64,000 bases of DNA from the human T2T-CHM13v2.0 reference genome, Homo sapiens. Below are positions 1-12,339 of the stretch, one piece after another. The notes beneath the pieces are model-generated. The model was not told the DNA's origin. It saw only the letters and a list, made by a program, of their open reading frames with translations, and did no database searches. The position numbers and the translations under genes were made by a program. The first letter of the stretch is position 1. The number at the start of each line of letters is the position of its first letter. The stretch lies in NCBI RefSeq assembly GCF_009914755.1, contig NC_060926.1. The stretch is one strand, 5' to 3'.

Positions 1-46
1 CATCCCCACCACTCAGGCCTACCTGTGGCCTAGCTTCCACCAAGTA

Positions 47-93
47 GCCCTGGGCCCTGGACCCTGGACCCTGGACCCTGGACCCTGGACCTG
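47..93. repeat. 7-bp tandem repeat (RCCCTGG) x ~6.5
   Basis: GCCCTGG GCCCTGG ACCCTGG ACCCTGG ACCCTGG ACCCTGG ACCTG read directly from the sequence. Confidence 0.95.
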
Positions 94-1768
94 TGGGTCC
101 CTCCAGGTGAAGGTGGCAGTGGCTTTCTGCTGCCATCAATCCAAGGTTTCTTTTTTCTCTCTTGGATCATGATTAATACAACTAGGCAGATTTGGGCTAG
201 CAGAAGGGAAGCTATAGAGGGACAATTGGGAGGAGAAAGGAGCCCAAAGTCCTCCACATGAAGTGCTTATGGGGTGAGAAGCCTCATACTCCTCCCTTAT
301 GAGATTGTGGGTGGCACTAAAAGAAGGGAATCAGTATCTTATTTCCCAACTGGCTATTTCCTTAATCAGACGCTGAGTCAGGGAGAAGCAGCCTGTGGAG
401 AGAAACAAAGAAGGTGGTTGCCATGGAACAGAGAAGATTCTGGCTTTGGAGTGACAAGAATGTACAAATCTCCCAAAGGCTGCGTGGATATGGGGAAAAG
501 TAGCTGAACCTGAGTCATCTTAGCAGTACTTCCACCTGAGTCCTATTTACAGGCTGTAGATACTCCAGTGGGAAGAGGTTAATGGGGGAAGCTGTAAAGG
601 GGTAGGAAAGACTGGCTAGAGTTGGATTTACCATGTCAGGGAGACTCTTCAGGGCCTTCTGAACTTACCCAATATCCCCTGAGGTAAGCAGTATTTCGGC
701 ACAGAGAGGACATCTATTGGTAGCTGGTGTTTTCTAGATGAGCAGCAATACCCAACAGAAAATTCTGCAACAAAAAGAATTGGGTGAAGAGACTATTTTG
801 TTTCTTCTCCTCTGATCCCACCTCAAGTCATTAAAGAAGCTAGATCTTGATGTGGAGAAAGAAGAGGTTTTGTGCAACCAGACTGGCTTCATGGTTTTGG
901 AGTCGGGAGGAGGGGCAGGCCAGACCCCTTTGGGTCGCCTGTTTTACAAGCTGAGCTAGGTAAAATTACATGATTTATATGAACTATGACAATGATCAAT
1001 TATCAATGGAATCTGCCTGAGATATCATTCAGGGGCAAGAAAGCAGAAGTTGACCAATCATATGATTAGAAAAAGAAAATTGCTTCTGATTAATATCCAT
1101 TGAGTTCAAACCATTTAGTGAAACAGTTACCCTTAAACTATCAGCTCATCTAGAACAGAGTTTTGCAAACAACATTTTGTGGGCCAGTAAAACAGATTTT
1201 TAACACCTTGCATTTTTACCTCTCTGATCCCTTCTCAGAACCACCAGCAGATTTGACAACTGTTTTCCTCCTTACTCTGTCTCTTCCTTGACTATACAGT
1301 AGAAAATAGAGAATTCAATTTATTCAACTCTTTGTAATGTATGTGGTTATTTGAATCCTGTTGTATTCATACAGAACATGAGCTTTGTTCTTATATTTTC
1401 ATATAATTGTTAATAAGTTATAAGAAGGTTTGAGGCTGTGGCATATAAACACAGCACATAAACATATATTTCTATATAACATAATCTTCCCACTTTTACT
1501 ACATATTTTTACTAGACTGTTCTGGAAAAGCTATTTGTACATATTTCTTTGTGCACACAAGTTCCTCAGCTAACGGCTTTGCTCTGTTTTTATAGAACAT
1601 GTTGTATATGGTTAAAAAATGTCTTTCACATAAGCCACATTTTTCCTGTTTTTGTTTACTTGTCTGTATTGCACCTCAATTAGCAAATCGTGCAGTCTTC
1701 TCTCCCTGTCATAATAACATAAACTATCTCCATTTTAGGCTGTTCGATGTAAAACAAAAATCCCCAAA

Positions 1769-1787
1769 TTTCCACTAGATGGTGCTA
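1769..1787 (+). promoter_or_regulatory. Candidate CTCF binding site
   Basis: TTTCCACTAGATGGTGCTA aligns closely to the CTCF core consensus (TGGCCACYAGRKGGCGCTA) and lies in apparently unique sequence. Motif match only. Confidence 0.6.
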
Positions 1788-2197
1788 TGAGAATGCAAAC
1801 TTCTTTGGTCAGGGTATATATAAAATCCTCAGCTATTGCAGCCTGTTATTTTGGCTTGTGAAACAGGTCTGCCCCCCACTAAATTAGATGCACAGGGATG
1901 ATTTAATATTTAGTTAAGAGACGATGCAATATTTCCCACAAGTCTCTGAGGAGCCCAGGCAAAACAATGAAGAGGCATTTTTCGTCTAATCCTCATCCAT
2001 ACCACTTCTTCTTACCTGGCCTTTTTGGTATGCTACTCCATAGATACCTAGGAACAACCCCATAGTGGCAACATCTTTTGACCCCGGTCACTGCCACCGT
2101 CTATGGCTTCTTTACCCAGTCTTCCCTCCTTGGCTGGAGGGGGCTAATGGATTTATTACATTACTGACTGTCAGCAATTATTTTTTGACAATTTGTT

Positions 2198-2377
2198 CAG
2201 TGGTTTTCAAAGTGTGATTTCCCAGACCAGCAGTGTCATCTGGGAGGTTGTTACAATTGCAAATTCTCAGACTTCAGCTCGGACCTACTGAATTGGATGG
2301 GAGTGGAGACCAGCAATCTGCATTTTCACAAACCTCCCCGAGGTGATTCTAATGTGTAGGAAAGTTGAGAACCAGTG
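2198..2377 (+). mobile_element. MER5A (hAT-Charlie MITE)
   Basis: Ends CAGTGGTTTTCAAAGTGTG and AAAGTTGAGAACCAGTG. Internal 'gacctactgaat' and 'cagcaatctg' match the recalled MER5A consensus. About 180 bp. Confidence 0.85.
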
Positions 2378-2489
2378 TGTTAAATACTTCCTGGGAACAA
2401 AACTGCCTTATCCTATTTGGATTAACCTCATTCCTGAAAGCCCTCAAAGAACAACTTTAAAGGTGGATAGGTGGGTGAAGAAATTTTTA

Positions 2490-2799
<310 letters not shown>

Positions 2800-2829
2800 T
2801 TAAGGCGAGCATTTGTTCTACTTGGCCTA

Positions 2830-2889
2830 CTCTGCTTTCCCTTTGGGTTGCTCTGCTCCCCTTGGGCTGCTTTGCTCTCCCTTTGGGTT
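2830..2889. repeat. Degenerate ~20-bp minisatellite, 3 copies
   Basis: ctctgctttccctttgggttg / ctctgctccccttgggctg / ctttgctctccctttgggtt. Confidence 0.8.
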
Positions 2890-2977
2890 CTGCCTGTCAC
2901 TGAGGAGTCCTCACTGCAAAGGAATAGTGAAGCCTGTATCTAATGTGTAAATGTAGGAGAGTATGATTAGTAACTCA

Positions 2978-2978
<1 letters not shown>

Positions 2979-3005
<27 letters not shown>
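2979..3005. repeat. Poly(T)27
   Basis: Read directly. Confidence 0.95.
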
Positions 3006-3011
<6 letters not shown>

Positions 3012-3021
3012 ATGCCCAGGA

Positions 3022-3040
3022 AGGCAGCCAGATGGCAGCA
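3022..3040 (+). promoter_or_regulatory. Second candidate CTCF site
   Basis: AGGCAGCCAGATGGCAGCA matches the core except at the conserved position-5 C. Confidence 0.4.
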
Positions 3041-3389
3041 TCGTTCCTACACTGTCTCTGCACTCCCAAAGGCAGTTTCTGGCCCTTTACTGTAGTCAAA
3101 GGAGATCGCGTAGCAGCGGTCGTTTATTGGCTAGGCTGTTTGTCTTTTTTCTCTACTGCAGCATGAGTCAGAACCCACAGAGAGAACCAGAGAGGAACAA
3201 CCCGTTGATTAATGGGTCAGAGAGCTATGTAAGACTGTGATCTCCTATTGTCCCTGTTTCACGGAACAAATGTGGGGGATGCTACAAAGATTCAACACTA
3301 GGTAGACATCTAATGAAGCTGGGTTGCCATCAATCAGTTCAAACAGGTGTCTGGAATAGCTGTGTCTTCTGTCTTTTGATAAACACTGA

Positions 3390-3550
3390 GTACCTGCACA
3401 TACAATTCCCTGGGAGCTTTTAAATCTCCTGATGCCCAGGCTGCACCCTAGACCAACCACATCAGAATCAGGAGAATGGTTTTAGGGCATCAGTACAGCT
3501 TTAAATCTTCCCAGGGGATACTAATGAGCATGAAGGGCTGGGAACCATGA
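3390..3550. mobile_element. MER5-family (MER5A1/MER5B-like) hAT MITE
   Basis: cctgggagcttttaaa...gatgcccagg...atcagaatc...ggcatcagt...ccaggggatactaat...ggaacca. Confidence 0.65.
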
Positions 3551-5205
3551 TATTAAAGACGTTGAGATGAAATTTGTGGCAAAGTTATTTCAATTGAGAA
3601 ACCTGGGTTATTGTCTTATACCGTACTGTCAATTTCAACAGTGGAGTTTGTTGTTTTGGCCAGTTTTGATCTTGGCAAGTTTCGATATTCGAAATGGATT
3701 TTGTTGTATGACAGAAGGGGGCATCATCTCCTCTCCACCCCACACCACCTCCTTCTCTCTTTCCCCCTCCTCCTTCTCACTTGTTGTTCTGTTTTGTGTT
3801 TTGTTTTGTTTTGGAGGGGTGAAGACTGAAAATTTAAAACTGTGGCTACAAAATGGGCATATTACTGCTACTTAAAAGAAAAATTCTGACCAAAAATATG
3901 TAGTCAATATTCTGAGTTTAAAATATTCTAAACTGTAAAAACCTTCTGTTTTTGCCTTCTGCCACATGTTCTTAGGTACCCTCAGGCTACAGTCCTTATT
4001 TTAAAGGATATGATAGTAAGAAAGTTACATCAGCCTTGATGAAAAGCTGTGAATTTAATCTTAGGAGCTCACACTGACTAGAGAGAATGAAAACATTCTA
4101 TCATAATTGCTTGAAAAACTGTAGAACTACTCACTAGAGTTGGATATTGGTCTATAACCAAAACTCCTTTTGTATGGAACAAAGTGAGTTTCATGAAACT
4201 CTTTGTAAAAGATTTTCTTTATCCTGGAAAATCCTATATGTTTCCATGCAAAATTCTTAATAATAGGTAGAATGAAAGCTGGAGGGAAATATAATTGTGA
4301 CATGTGAAGTATGAAATATACTTCAACTTAGTATAGAAGTATAGGCTTAATTCTTTGCACCAAGGGGCATCTAGAAACCATCTCCAGAAGCTTTCGGTGA
4401 TACCTTATTAATCCTTCTCTAGGTGTACCACTTAGGAAATGTAAATGGTACTAAAAGAAATAATTTGTTAGGTCCTTAATCCCACAAAAGTTGATTAAGT
4501 CATTGTCTGTGAATAAAGACTAGGTGAGAAAATTGGGAGCTTTGGGAAAAGGGAGCCCAAGGAAAAAGTGGAACAGGCTGGAAAAAAAGGAAAGTGAATT
4601 AAAGAATAGGGAATCAGAGATTTATTTTCCATTTTGACTTAAGGATATGTCAGGGCCAAAACTATAGAAATTTGAAATTGGTTCATTTAGAGGATCAATG
4701 CTCTTTTTTCAAGTGATTTTTTTCCTAAGTGATTCTTTTCCTAAGCAAGTCACACTGATTTTTTGGTTTCCAAACTCATTGACTTATGGGCAGTTTGGAG
4801 AATTAAAAAAAGGTATAGACTACTAAGGCGTCTTGTGTACCAGACAAAGGTTTCTTGGATTCTGAGGATTTATTTCATTACTATAGATATCTCTAAGGCA
4901 GCATGACCTATAAATAATTTAGGCAATCTCCTACATATGGAGAAATAATAATTAGGAAGGGGCAAACTTTTGAAATTACAGTTTAGATTTAGTTTAGATT
5001 TAAAATTGCACACACAGTCTCCCTAACAAATGTTAAGCACTTCTGTCTGTTGGAGATTAGCAAAGAGTTTGAGGAACTTATTTTACATTGGATCTAGTTT
5101 GTCCTTTAATTGGTAAACCTCAATTCCAATGGCACTACAGGTTGAGTACTCCTTATTTGAAATGCTTGGAAGAGGAGAATTGTTTTGGATTTCGTATTTT
5201 GAATA

Positions 5206-7587
5206 CAGGCATACCTTGGAGATATTGCAGGTTCAGTTCCAGACCACTGCAATAAATCAAATACTGCAATAAAGCGAGTCACACTGATTTTTTGGTTTCT
5301 AAGCACATGTAAAAGTTATGTTTACACTATAATGTAGTCTATTAAGTGTACAATAGCATTTCTTTAAATGTACACATCTTAATTTAAAAATATTGTTAAG
5401 AAATGCTAACAGTCATCTGAAATTAGTGAGTTGTAATTCTTTTACTGGTAGAGTCTTGCCTGGATGTTGATGGCTGCTGACTGATCAGTGTGGTGGCTGC
5501 TGAAGGCTGGGGTGGCTGCAGCAATTTTAAAAAATGAGACGATAAGGTTTGCCACGTTGCTGGATTCTTCCTTTCACCAAAGATTTCTCTGTGGTATTTG
5601 ATGTTCCTTGATAGCATTTTATCCACAGAAAAAACTTTTCAAAATTATAGCCATTCCTCTTAAACTCTGCCACTTCTTCATCAACTAAATTTACATAATA
5701 TTCTAAATCCTCTGTTTTCATTTCACCAATGTTCACAGTATCTGCACTAAGAGTAAATACCATCCTAGCAAACCACTTTCTTTGTTCATCTATAAGAAAC
5801 AATTCCCCATCTTTTAAAGTTTTTTCATTAGATTGTGGTAATTCAGTCATATATTTAGGCTCCACTTATAATTCTAGTTCTCTTGCTATTTCTGCCACGT
5901 GTGCACTTCCTCCACTAAAGACTTGAACCTCTCAAAGTCATCTATGAGGATTGGAATCCACTTCTAAACTGTGAATGTTGATATTTTCACTTCTCCCATG
6001 AATCACAAATGTTCTTAATGACACTAGAATGGTGAATCCTTTCCAGAAAGTTTTCAGTTTGCTTTGCCCAGATCCTTCAGAGGAATCCACTATGTCAGCT
6101 TTAGTCTTACAAAAAATGTATTTCTTAAATAATAAGACTTGAAAGTTAAGATTATTCTTTGATTCATGGGCTACAGAATGAATGTTGTATTAGGCATGAA
6201 AACAACATTAATATCTTTGTACATCTCCATCAGAGCTTTTGGGTGACCAAGTGCATTGTCAATGAGCAGTAATACTTTGAAAGGAATCTTTTTTTCCTCT
6301 AAGCAGTAGCTCTTGACAGTAGCACTTAAATATTCAGGAAATCATGCCATAAACAGATGTGCTGTCATCCAGGCTTTATTGTTCCATTTGCAGAGCACAG
6401 GCAGAGTAGACTTAGCATAATCCTTAAGGGCCCTAGTATTTTCGGAATGGTAAAGGAGCATCGACTTCAACTTAAAGTCACTAGCTGCATTAGCATGTAA
6501 TAAGAGAGTCAGCCTATTCTTTGTAACTTTGAAGCCAGGTATTGATTTCTCCTCTTTTGTAATGAAAGTCCTAGATGGCATCTTCTTCCAATAGATGGCT
6601 GTTTCATCTGCATTGAAAATCTGTTGTTTGGTGTCGCCACTTTTATCAATAATCTTAGCTAGATCTTCTGGATAACTTGCTGCAGCTTCTACATCAGCAC
6701 TTGCTGCTTCACCTTGCACTTTTATGTAATGAAGATTGTTTCTTTCCTTCAACCTCATGAACCAAACTCTCCTAGCTTCAAACTTTTTTTCTGTAGTTTT
6801 GTCACCTCTTTCAGCCTTTGTAGAATTGAAGAGAAATAGGGCCTTGCTGTGGATTAGGTTTCAGCTTAAGGGAATGTTGTGATTATTTTGATCTTCTATC
6901 CAGACCACAACTTTCTCCGTATCAGCAATAGGGCTGTTTTGCTTTCTTATCGTTTGTGTGTTCACTGGAGTGACACTTTTAATTTCCTTCCAGAACTTTT
7001 CCTTTGCATTCACAACTTGGTTAACTGTTTGACACAAGAGGTCTGGCTTTTGGCCCATCTCAGTTTTAGACACACCTTTCTCACTAAGTTTAACCATTTC
7101 TAGCTTTCTATTTAAAGTGAGAGACATATGACTCTTCCTTTTACTTGAAAATTTAGATGCCATTTTAGGATTATTCATTGGTCTAGTTTTAATATTGTTG
7201 TGTTTTAGGGAAAGGAAATCCTGAGGAGAGGGGGAGAGATAGGGGAATGGCGGTCAGGTCAGTGGATCCGTCAGAACACAACATTTATTTATTAAGTTTG
7301 CTGTCTTATACAGGCATGATTCTTGGAGCCCCAAGGCAATTACAATAGTAACATCAGAGATCTCTGGTCACAGATCACCATAACAGATATAACAGTAATG
7401 AAAATTTTGAAATATGGTAAGGATTACCAAAATGTGACACAGAGATGCATGAAGTGAGCACATGCTGTTGGAAAAATGGCACCTGTAGACTTGCTAGACA
7501 CAGGGTTGCCACAAACTTTCAATTTTTTAAAAAATGCAATATTTGCAAAGCACAATAAAGCAAAGTGCAATAGTATGAGGTTTGCTG
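5206..7587 (-). mobile_element. Tigger1 (TcMar-Tigger DNA transposon), essentially full length, ~2.38 kb
   Basis: TIR CAGGCATACCT at 5206 and degenerate GAGGTTTGCTG ending at 7587. TA/TG target duplication. Transposase remnants present in the ORF track. Confidence 0.95.
5527..7163 (-). pseudogene. Decayed Tigger1 pogo-like transposase (CENP-B-type HTH + DDE), with frameshifts and stops
   Basis: ORF fragments [28 protein letters not shown] (6861-7178), [20 protein letters not shown] (6342-6758) and MEPKYMTELPQS...LFLIDEQRKWF (5527-5865). Confidence 0.9.
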
Positions 7588-8865
7588 TGTTTGCATATAC
7601 TTATTTGTTGAGTATCTCTAATCCGAATGTATGAAATCTGAAATGCTCCAGTAAGCTTTTCCTTTGAGTATGACCTTTAAGTATGTCAGTGCTTTAACAG
7701 TTTCAGAATTTAGAGCATTTTGGAGTTTTGATTTCTAGATTAGGGATGCTCAACCTGTATAGAACTTTTAGGCATCAGTATCATTCTGTCTAATGACATA
7801 AACATATTTAATGAGTGGGAAGCCAGATAATTTGTTTCAATAGCTGCTTTTATTTTCTGTTGTTGATATGTTAAAATAGTTAAACACTTGCATTCATCTC
7901 ATCCTATTAAAGGAACTCCATCAGGGAACAGTGAGGTAACATGTTTGGTGACAGCAGGCTTAGTCACCCTGCTGTGAGAAAGAGATGAATAATGTTTTTT
8001 AATCTTACAGCTATTGATTCTCTCCTTTTAAAATGTATACACCATTTCTGAAAGAAGTTATTGCAGACTATATTTTGTTAGCAGTTTATCTTTTTCATAT
8101 CTTCATTATTAAATGGTACATTTACTTACATGGTTGTGCATAAAATAAAATTGCATGACATTTCTTATTGTTTATAATTTCCATTTTGAAAGATCTAGTC
8201 ATACATTCTTAAAATTTTATAAGTGATTTCAATCTTTATACTAGTAGTTTTCGCTTTTATTTTTTTCCTTGGCTATTTGGCTGCCAAATCCTTCCTCATT
8301 TTAAACATTATCTTGCTTATGTTTTATGATTTATCTACTATTTGTCAAAACAATTTTTAGAATGACATTTTCTAGTTTCCCATTAAAGCACAGCATGAAG
8401 AAGAATTAGATATACAAGATCATATTGGTGACTATTTTTATTAGACAAAGTCATTGTGTGAAAATTCAGAATTCCAGTAAAAACAATTTGAGAAAATCAA
8501 TTAGTGCATGAATTTAAGAAGGACCAATATTTTTCTAAGACAATAATACTTTTTTGCACCTTAGCATTTCCTTCAAAAAGACTATGATGATAATGTTATT
8601 TCTTTTAGATCCAGGCTAATTTCTTCTAGATTTTGAACTTGTGGATCACGAATAATTATTTTTCTCATGCTAGCCAGAGCTATTCCACTATAGGCTATTT
8701 TACAATTTTTCTTGAGTCTAGTATAGTATTTGATAATCCTCAGTGTCACAAGAACAACCTTCCTCAATAGTAGCTTATTCAAATAATTAATTTGTTCTTA
8801 TTGTTTCCTTGGTAGAAAAGGAGAATATTTGGCTACCCTGGTTATAAATACCCTAAATATTAGAA

Positions 8866-9042
8866 AATGACTCATTGATTCAGATAGACGTTTTCCCCAT
8901 TTTAAAATCTCTGAAATCGGAATGCGTATTAGAATCAAAGACATCTTACATTTACAATTTTCAGTGTTTTATTCTTTCTTAGTGATACATAGAGTAATGA
9001 TATATCATGCAATCAATAATGTTATCGATTTAAATGAAATAT
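8866..9042 (+). mobile_element. MER104-like (TcMar-Tc2) MITE
   Basis: catttttaaaatctctgaaatcggaatgcg-like start...ttctttcttagtgatacata...atgaaata resembles the recalled MER104 consensus. Confidence 0.6.
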
Positions 9043-9909
9043 AACTAAATTAAATTTGGATTTAATAGTGATTCAACAATTTATGTTTCCAAGATTAGAA
9101 AACAGTTCTTATTTTATGGTTACTTGTACAGTCAAGATTCTTGAGCCATTTTTACACACAAAAAGCTCAACATATTTTGAATATAATAAAATAGAAAACA
9201 ATATATAGTGGAAATTCATCATAGTTTAGAAACAATCTAGACATGCTGCTCAGGAAATTGTTCACTTCTGGCTCTAATCGAATTTATTTTGATCAAGGTT
9301 CTCAAGTTACTTGCTCTATTCCTAGAGGACATTTTAAAAAATAATCATAAAACATTAAAATTGATTATGAAAATAAGAAAATATCTCACATATAGGGTTT
9401 TACAGCCATGTGTTGGGTATATAAAAGCAATTTTGTAGGTGACTTTGGGCTAGTCACTTAATATAGAGTTGGGATAGTGACTGAAACATCATATTCACAT
9501 AGCAATCATTTATATATGTGTATAATTGGAGAGCAAATTTCTCTGTAAGGGTAGGCTACCTGATGCTTTTAAAAATATATATGATGAAGACTGAACCAAA
9601 GTCTGTGTTTGCTGGTAAATTTCCTTGTAGTGTGCATAGGCATTTTCCATTATTCCAAAAACTCTAAAATTGCTTTCAAAATAATAATTTATTCCGAATT
9701 GTTTTTCTTGTTAATAAGTTTTTTTGATGCTTATAAAAATATTTTATGATAAATGTTGAAAAGGGTACATTTCTAGTGTGACTTCTTCATGATTTGTTAC
9801 TCTTCCACCCCAATAAGAAATTAAACTCTAATTTCCTAATAATCTCTATCAGCTCTTTATGTGTAGTGCTCATGTGCAAAGGTCATGGTGGTTATAATTG
9901 ATTGATTAT

Positions 9910-10970
9910 TGACTAATTCAACAATGCATTCTATGTGTCAGGCACTCCTTAAGGCACTGAGGATACATCAGAGAACAAAAGAGATAAAAATCCCTGTCCT
10001 CATGGAGCTTACTTTCTGGAAGAGGGAAGTCAATCCTAAACACATGAAGTATGTTAGAGCATTATAAGTGCCGTACAGAAAATAAAACACAATAAGAAGG
10101 ATAGAAAACTCTAGGTGAAAAAGGTTCTGTTGGAAAGAAATATTTTTCCTTACCATCTTTTAGGTTCAGGACCTGGGGTCTGCAAATTAAGCTGATAAAA
10201 GATAGATTGCCAGGAGGAAAAAAAAACCCAGGTTATTTATGTATGCAATGCACATACATGTGGGAGAGCTCAGTGAGGAGTAACTTTAATGGGATGGTTA
10301 AAACTTGGGGCTTATATAACATCTCAACATAGGATGATAAATTGTGGAGAAGTGACTAGATGAAGGAAAGGGAAGGTGTGGGCTAGTAGGGGGAGTAAAT
10401 TGTGAGAAGGTAAATATAAGGAGGAGATAAGGGTTATTTAGTAAGGTTTGTTATGTGGACTCAAGTTGGTGCCATCTCTAGTAATGAATCTTCTCTTCAT
10501 GAAAAAGGGGAAGAAGGACATTTTACAAAGGAAAATGTATTTCCTGCTTTTAGACAAAAAAAAAAAAAAAAAAAAAGTAGGACAGAAAGCCCTTCCTCTA
10601 TGTGCTGTTTCTCAATTGTCTTCAGTTCAAAATAATTCTTATGGCATATTTTTGGGTAGCATATACTAATTCCTTTCAGTTCCAATCGTAAACAGGGTAT
10701 GTGGGCTAAACTTCGTTGAGAAAGTAACCTGTGGGCAAAGACTTGAACATAGAAAGGTTGTGAGAAGAAGGTTCTGGGACAAGAGAATAGGAAGCGCCAT
10801 GCAAAAGCTGAGATGGAAGAGGACTGCTAGTGCTCAAGGTGAAGAAGGAAAGTAAAGGGAAGTTAGATTTTAGGCGGGCATTGGCTTTTTACCCTAAGAA
10901 AAATGGGAGAGTTAGTAGAGGTTTTTAGCCAAGAAATGGCATGATTGACCATTTAAAATCATCACTGGCA
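9910..10970 (-). mobile_element. L2 3' region interrupted by a MER34-family LTR
   Basis: ctatgtgtcaggcact...tccctgtcctcatggagcttac before the LTR; gagaaagtaacc...agacttgaa...atcactggc after it. Confidence 0.7.
10128..10678 (-). mobile_element. ERV1 solo LTR, MER34 family
   Basis: TG...CA termini, perfect 4-bp TSD GTTC (10124-27 / 10679-82), and terminal motif ctcaattgtcttcagttcaaaataattcttatggcatatttttgggtagcatat. Confidence 0.8.
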
Positions 10971-12339
10971 AATAACATCAGGTTTTATTGTTACATTAGC
11001 AGTTTTCTATGACAATACAAGGTGCATAAGTGGAGAGGCCATAGGTTAGACCTGCATTTTAGATTAAAACTTGTACAAAGAATTTTGGGTTGCAATGTTC
11101 TAGTCCTTGGGACACAAAATAGTCATGCCCACTAACAACCACCCTTCTTCAAGAACTATATTAAGCTCCTTAAGGAAAGTGACTCTAAATTCTGTATTTC
11201 TGTTTTTACTGTACCCTCACATACTGTGTCTGTGTGCACAGTGACTGGCACTGTTTGCCTCTCTGCAGATTGACTCATGAGGGGTGGAGGTCCTATACAC
11301 ACGATGGAATGTGTGCCAAGGCTCAATCTCCATCATCCAGATTTGGTTGTTAAATGACTCAACAAAATTATTTACCCATATATTGGACCCTATGCTATGT
11401 TCTGAGAGTATAAGCATAATTGACAAATGGCTTCCTCCTCAATAAGCTCATGGCCTCATGAGGAGGTAAGAGAGCCATATGTTGAGATTTTTGCTGTTTT
11501 CACTAGACAGGAAACAAATATATCTCTGTTCTATTTTTTTTTTTTTTTGGTGAGTACTTTAAGATAATATACTAGTAGGATTTTTTCTGAAGAAGCTGAG
11601 GAAATGTCTTCTGCTAAATGTCTTATCATAAATGTACTTAGGCTATTTAAACAGTTAAATATGTAAGTGGTAAAGTTAAATTACTTAACATGTATGTGGC
11701 CCTTTCTTTCCAAAGGCTAGATATTTGCTGTGCACTCTGAAGTTGATATCCTTCATCATGCTTCAGTGACTTTAAATCTGTATTTTATGTCTGAATAATT
11801 TCTTTGATTTTTGGTTGAGTCCACTAAGAATTAGTTTGTTTTCTAAATATAAAAATAGAAAAACTTAGACTTTCTGCTTAAGATTATTTGGAAAAATATG
11901 CTTACAAGTAATTAATCCTACTATGAGGTGATTTCATAGCTATATTACTCTCTTCGGTTCTACCTAGGGTAACACAATATTTTTGCCACCTGGTAACCAT
12001 TTAGTGGCTTGCTGTCTGTCAAATTGGAGTCATTAATCCAAGATCCACAAAACACTGACCTCATCAAGAACTATCAACCACATTTATCACACAGCGAGCA
12101 GTAATTAATACCCTCACTGTACATCTCAGCAGATGCCAAGTGGTAACCGTGCCCAGAGACAGAGCCATTTGGTGGGTGGTCTGAGCGTGGTATTCTTTTA
12201 GGATAAATTGAGACATATTGGTAAGAAGCTTGCTGTCTATATATATGAGAAAACTAAGGACTCTCTTTGTGTATCTAGCAGTATTGCTTTGAGCATGCCC
12301 AATGGTTGTGTGGATTTCCTTGATGCACCTGGATAAAGC

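Larger units (their letters stand above)
5138..7757 (+). mobile_element. Tigger4a/MER46A (Zombi) MITE split into 5138-5205 and 7588-7757 by a Tigger1 insertion
   Basis: TIRs CAGGTTGAGTA (5138) and TGCTCAACCTG (7757), flanked by TA at 5136-37 and 7758-59. The halves rejoin as GAATA|TTTGCATATAC and total ~238 bp. Confidence 0.85.

Noticed and set aside
30-257. 75-aa ORF with SRVQGPG repeats
   Set aside because: The repeat peptide is simply the translated 7-bp tandem array.
5527-7178. Tigger transposase ORFs as a functional TIGD1-like gene
   Set aside because: The frame is split into several pieces by frameshifts and stops and sits inside an ordinary TIR-bounded Tigger1.
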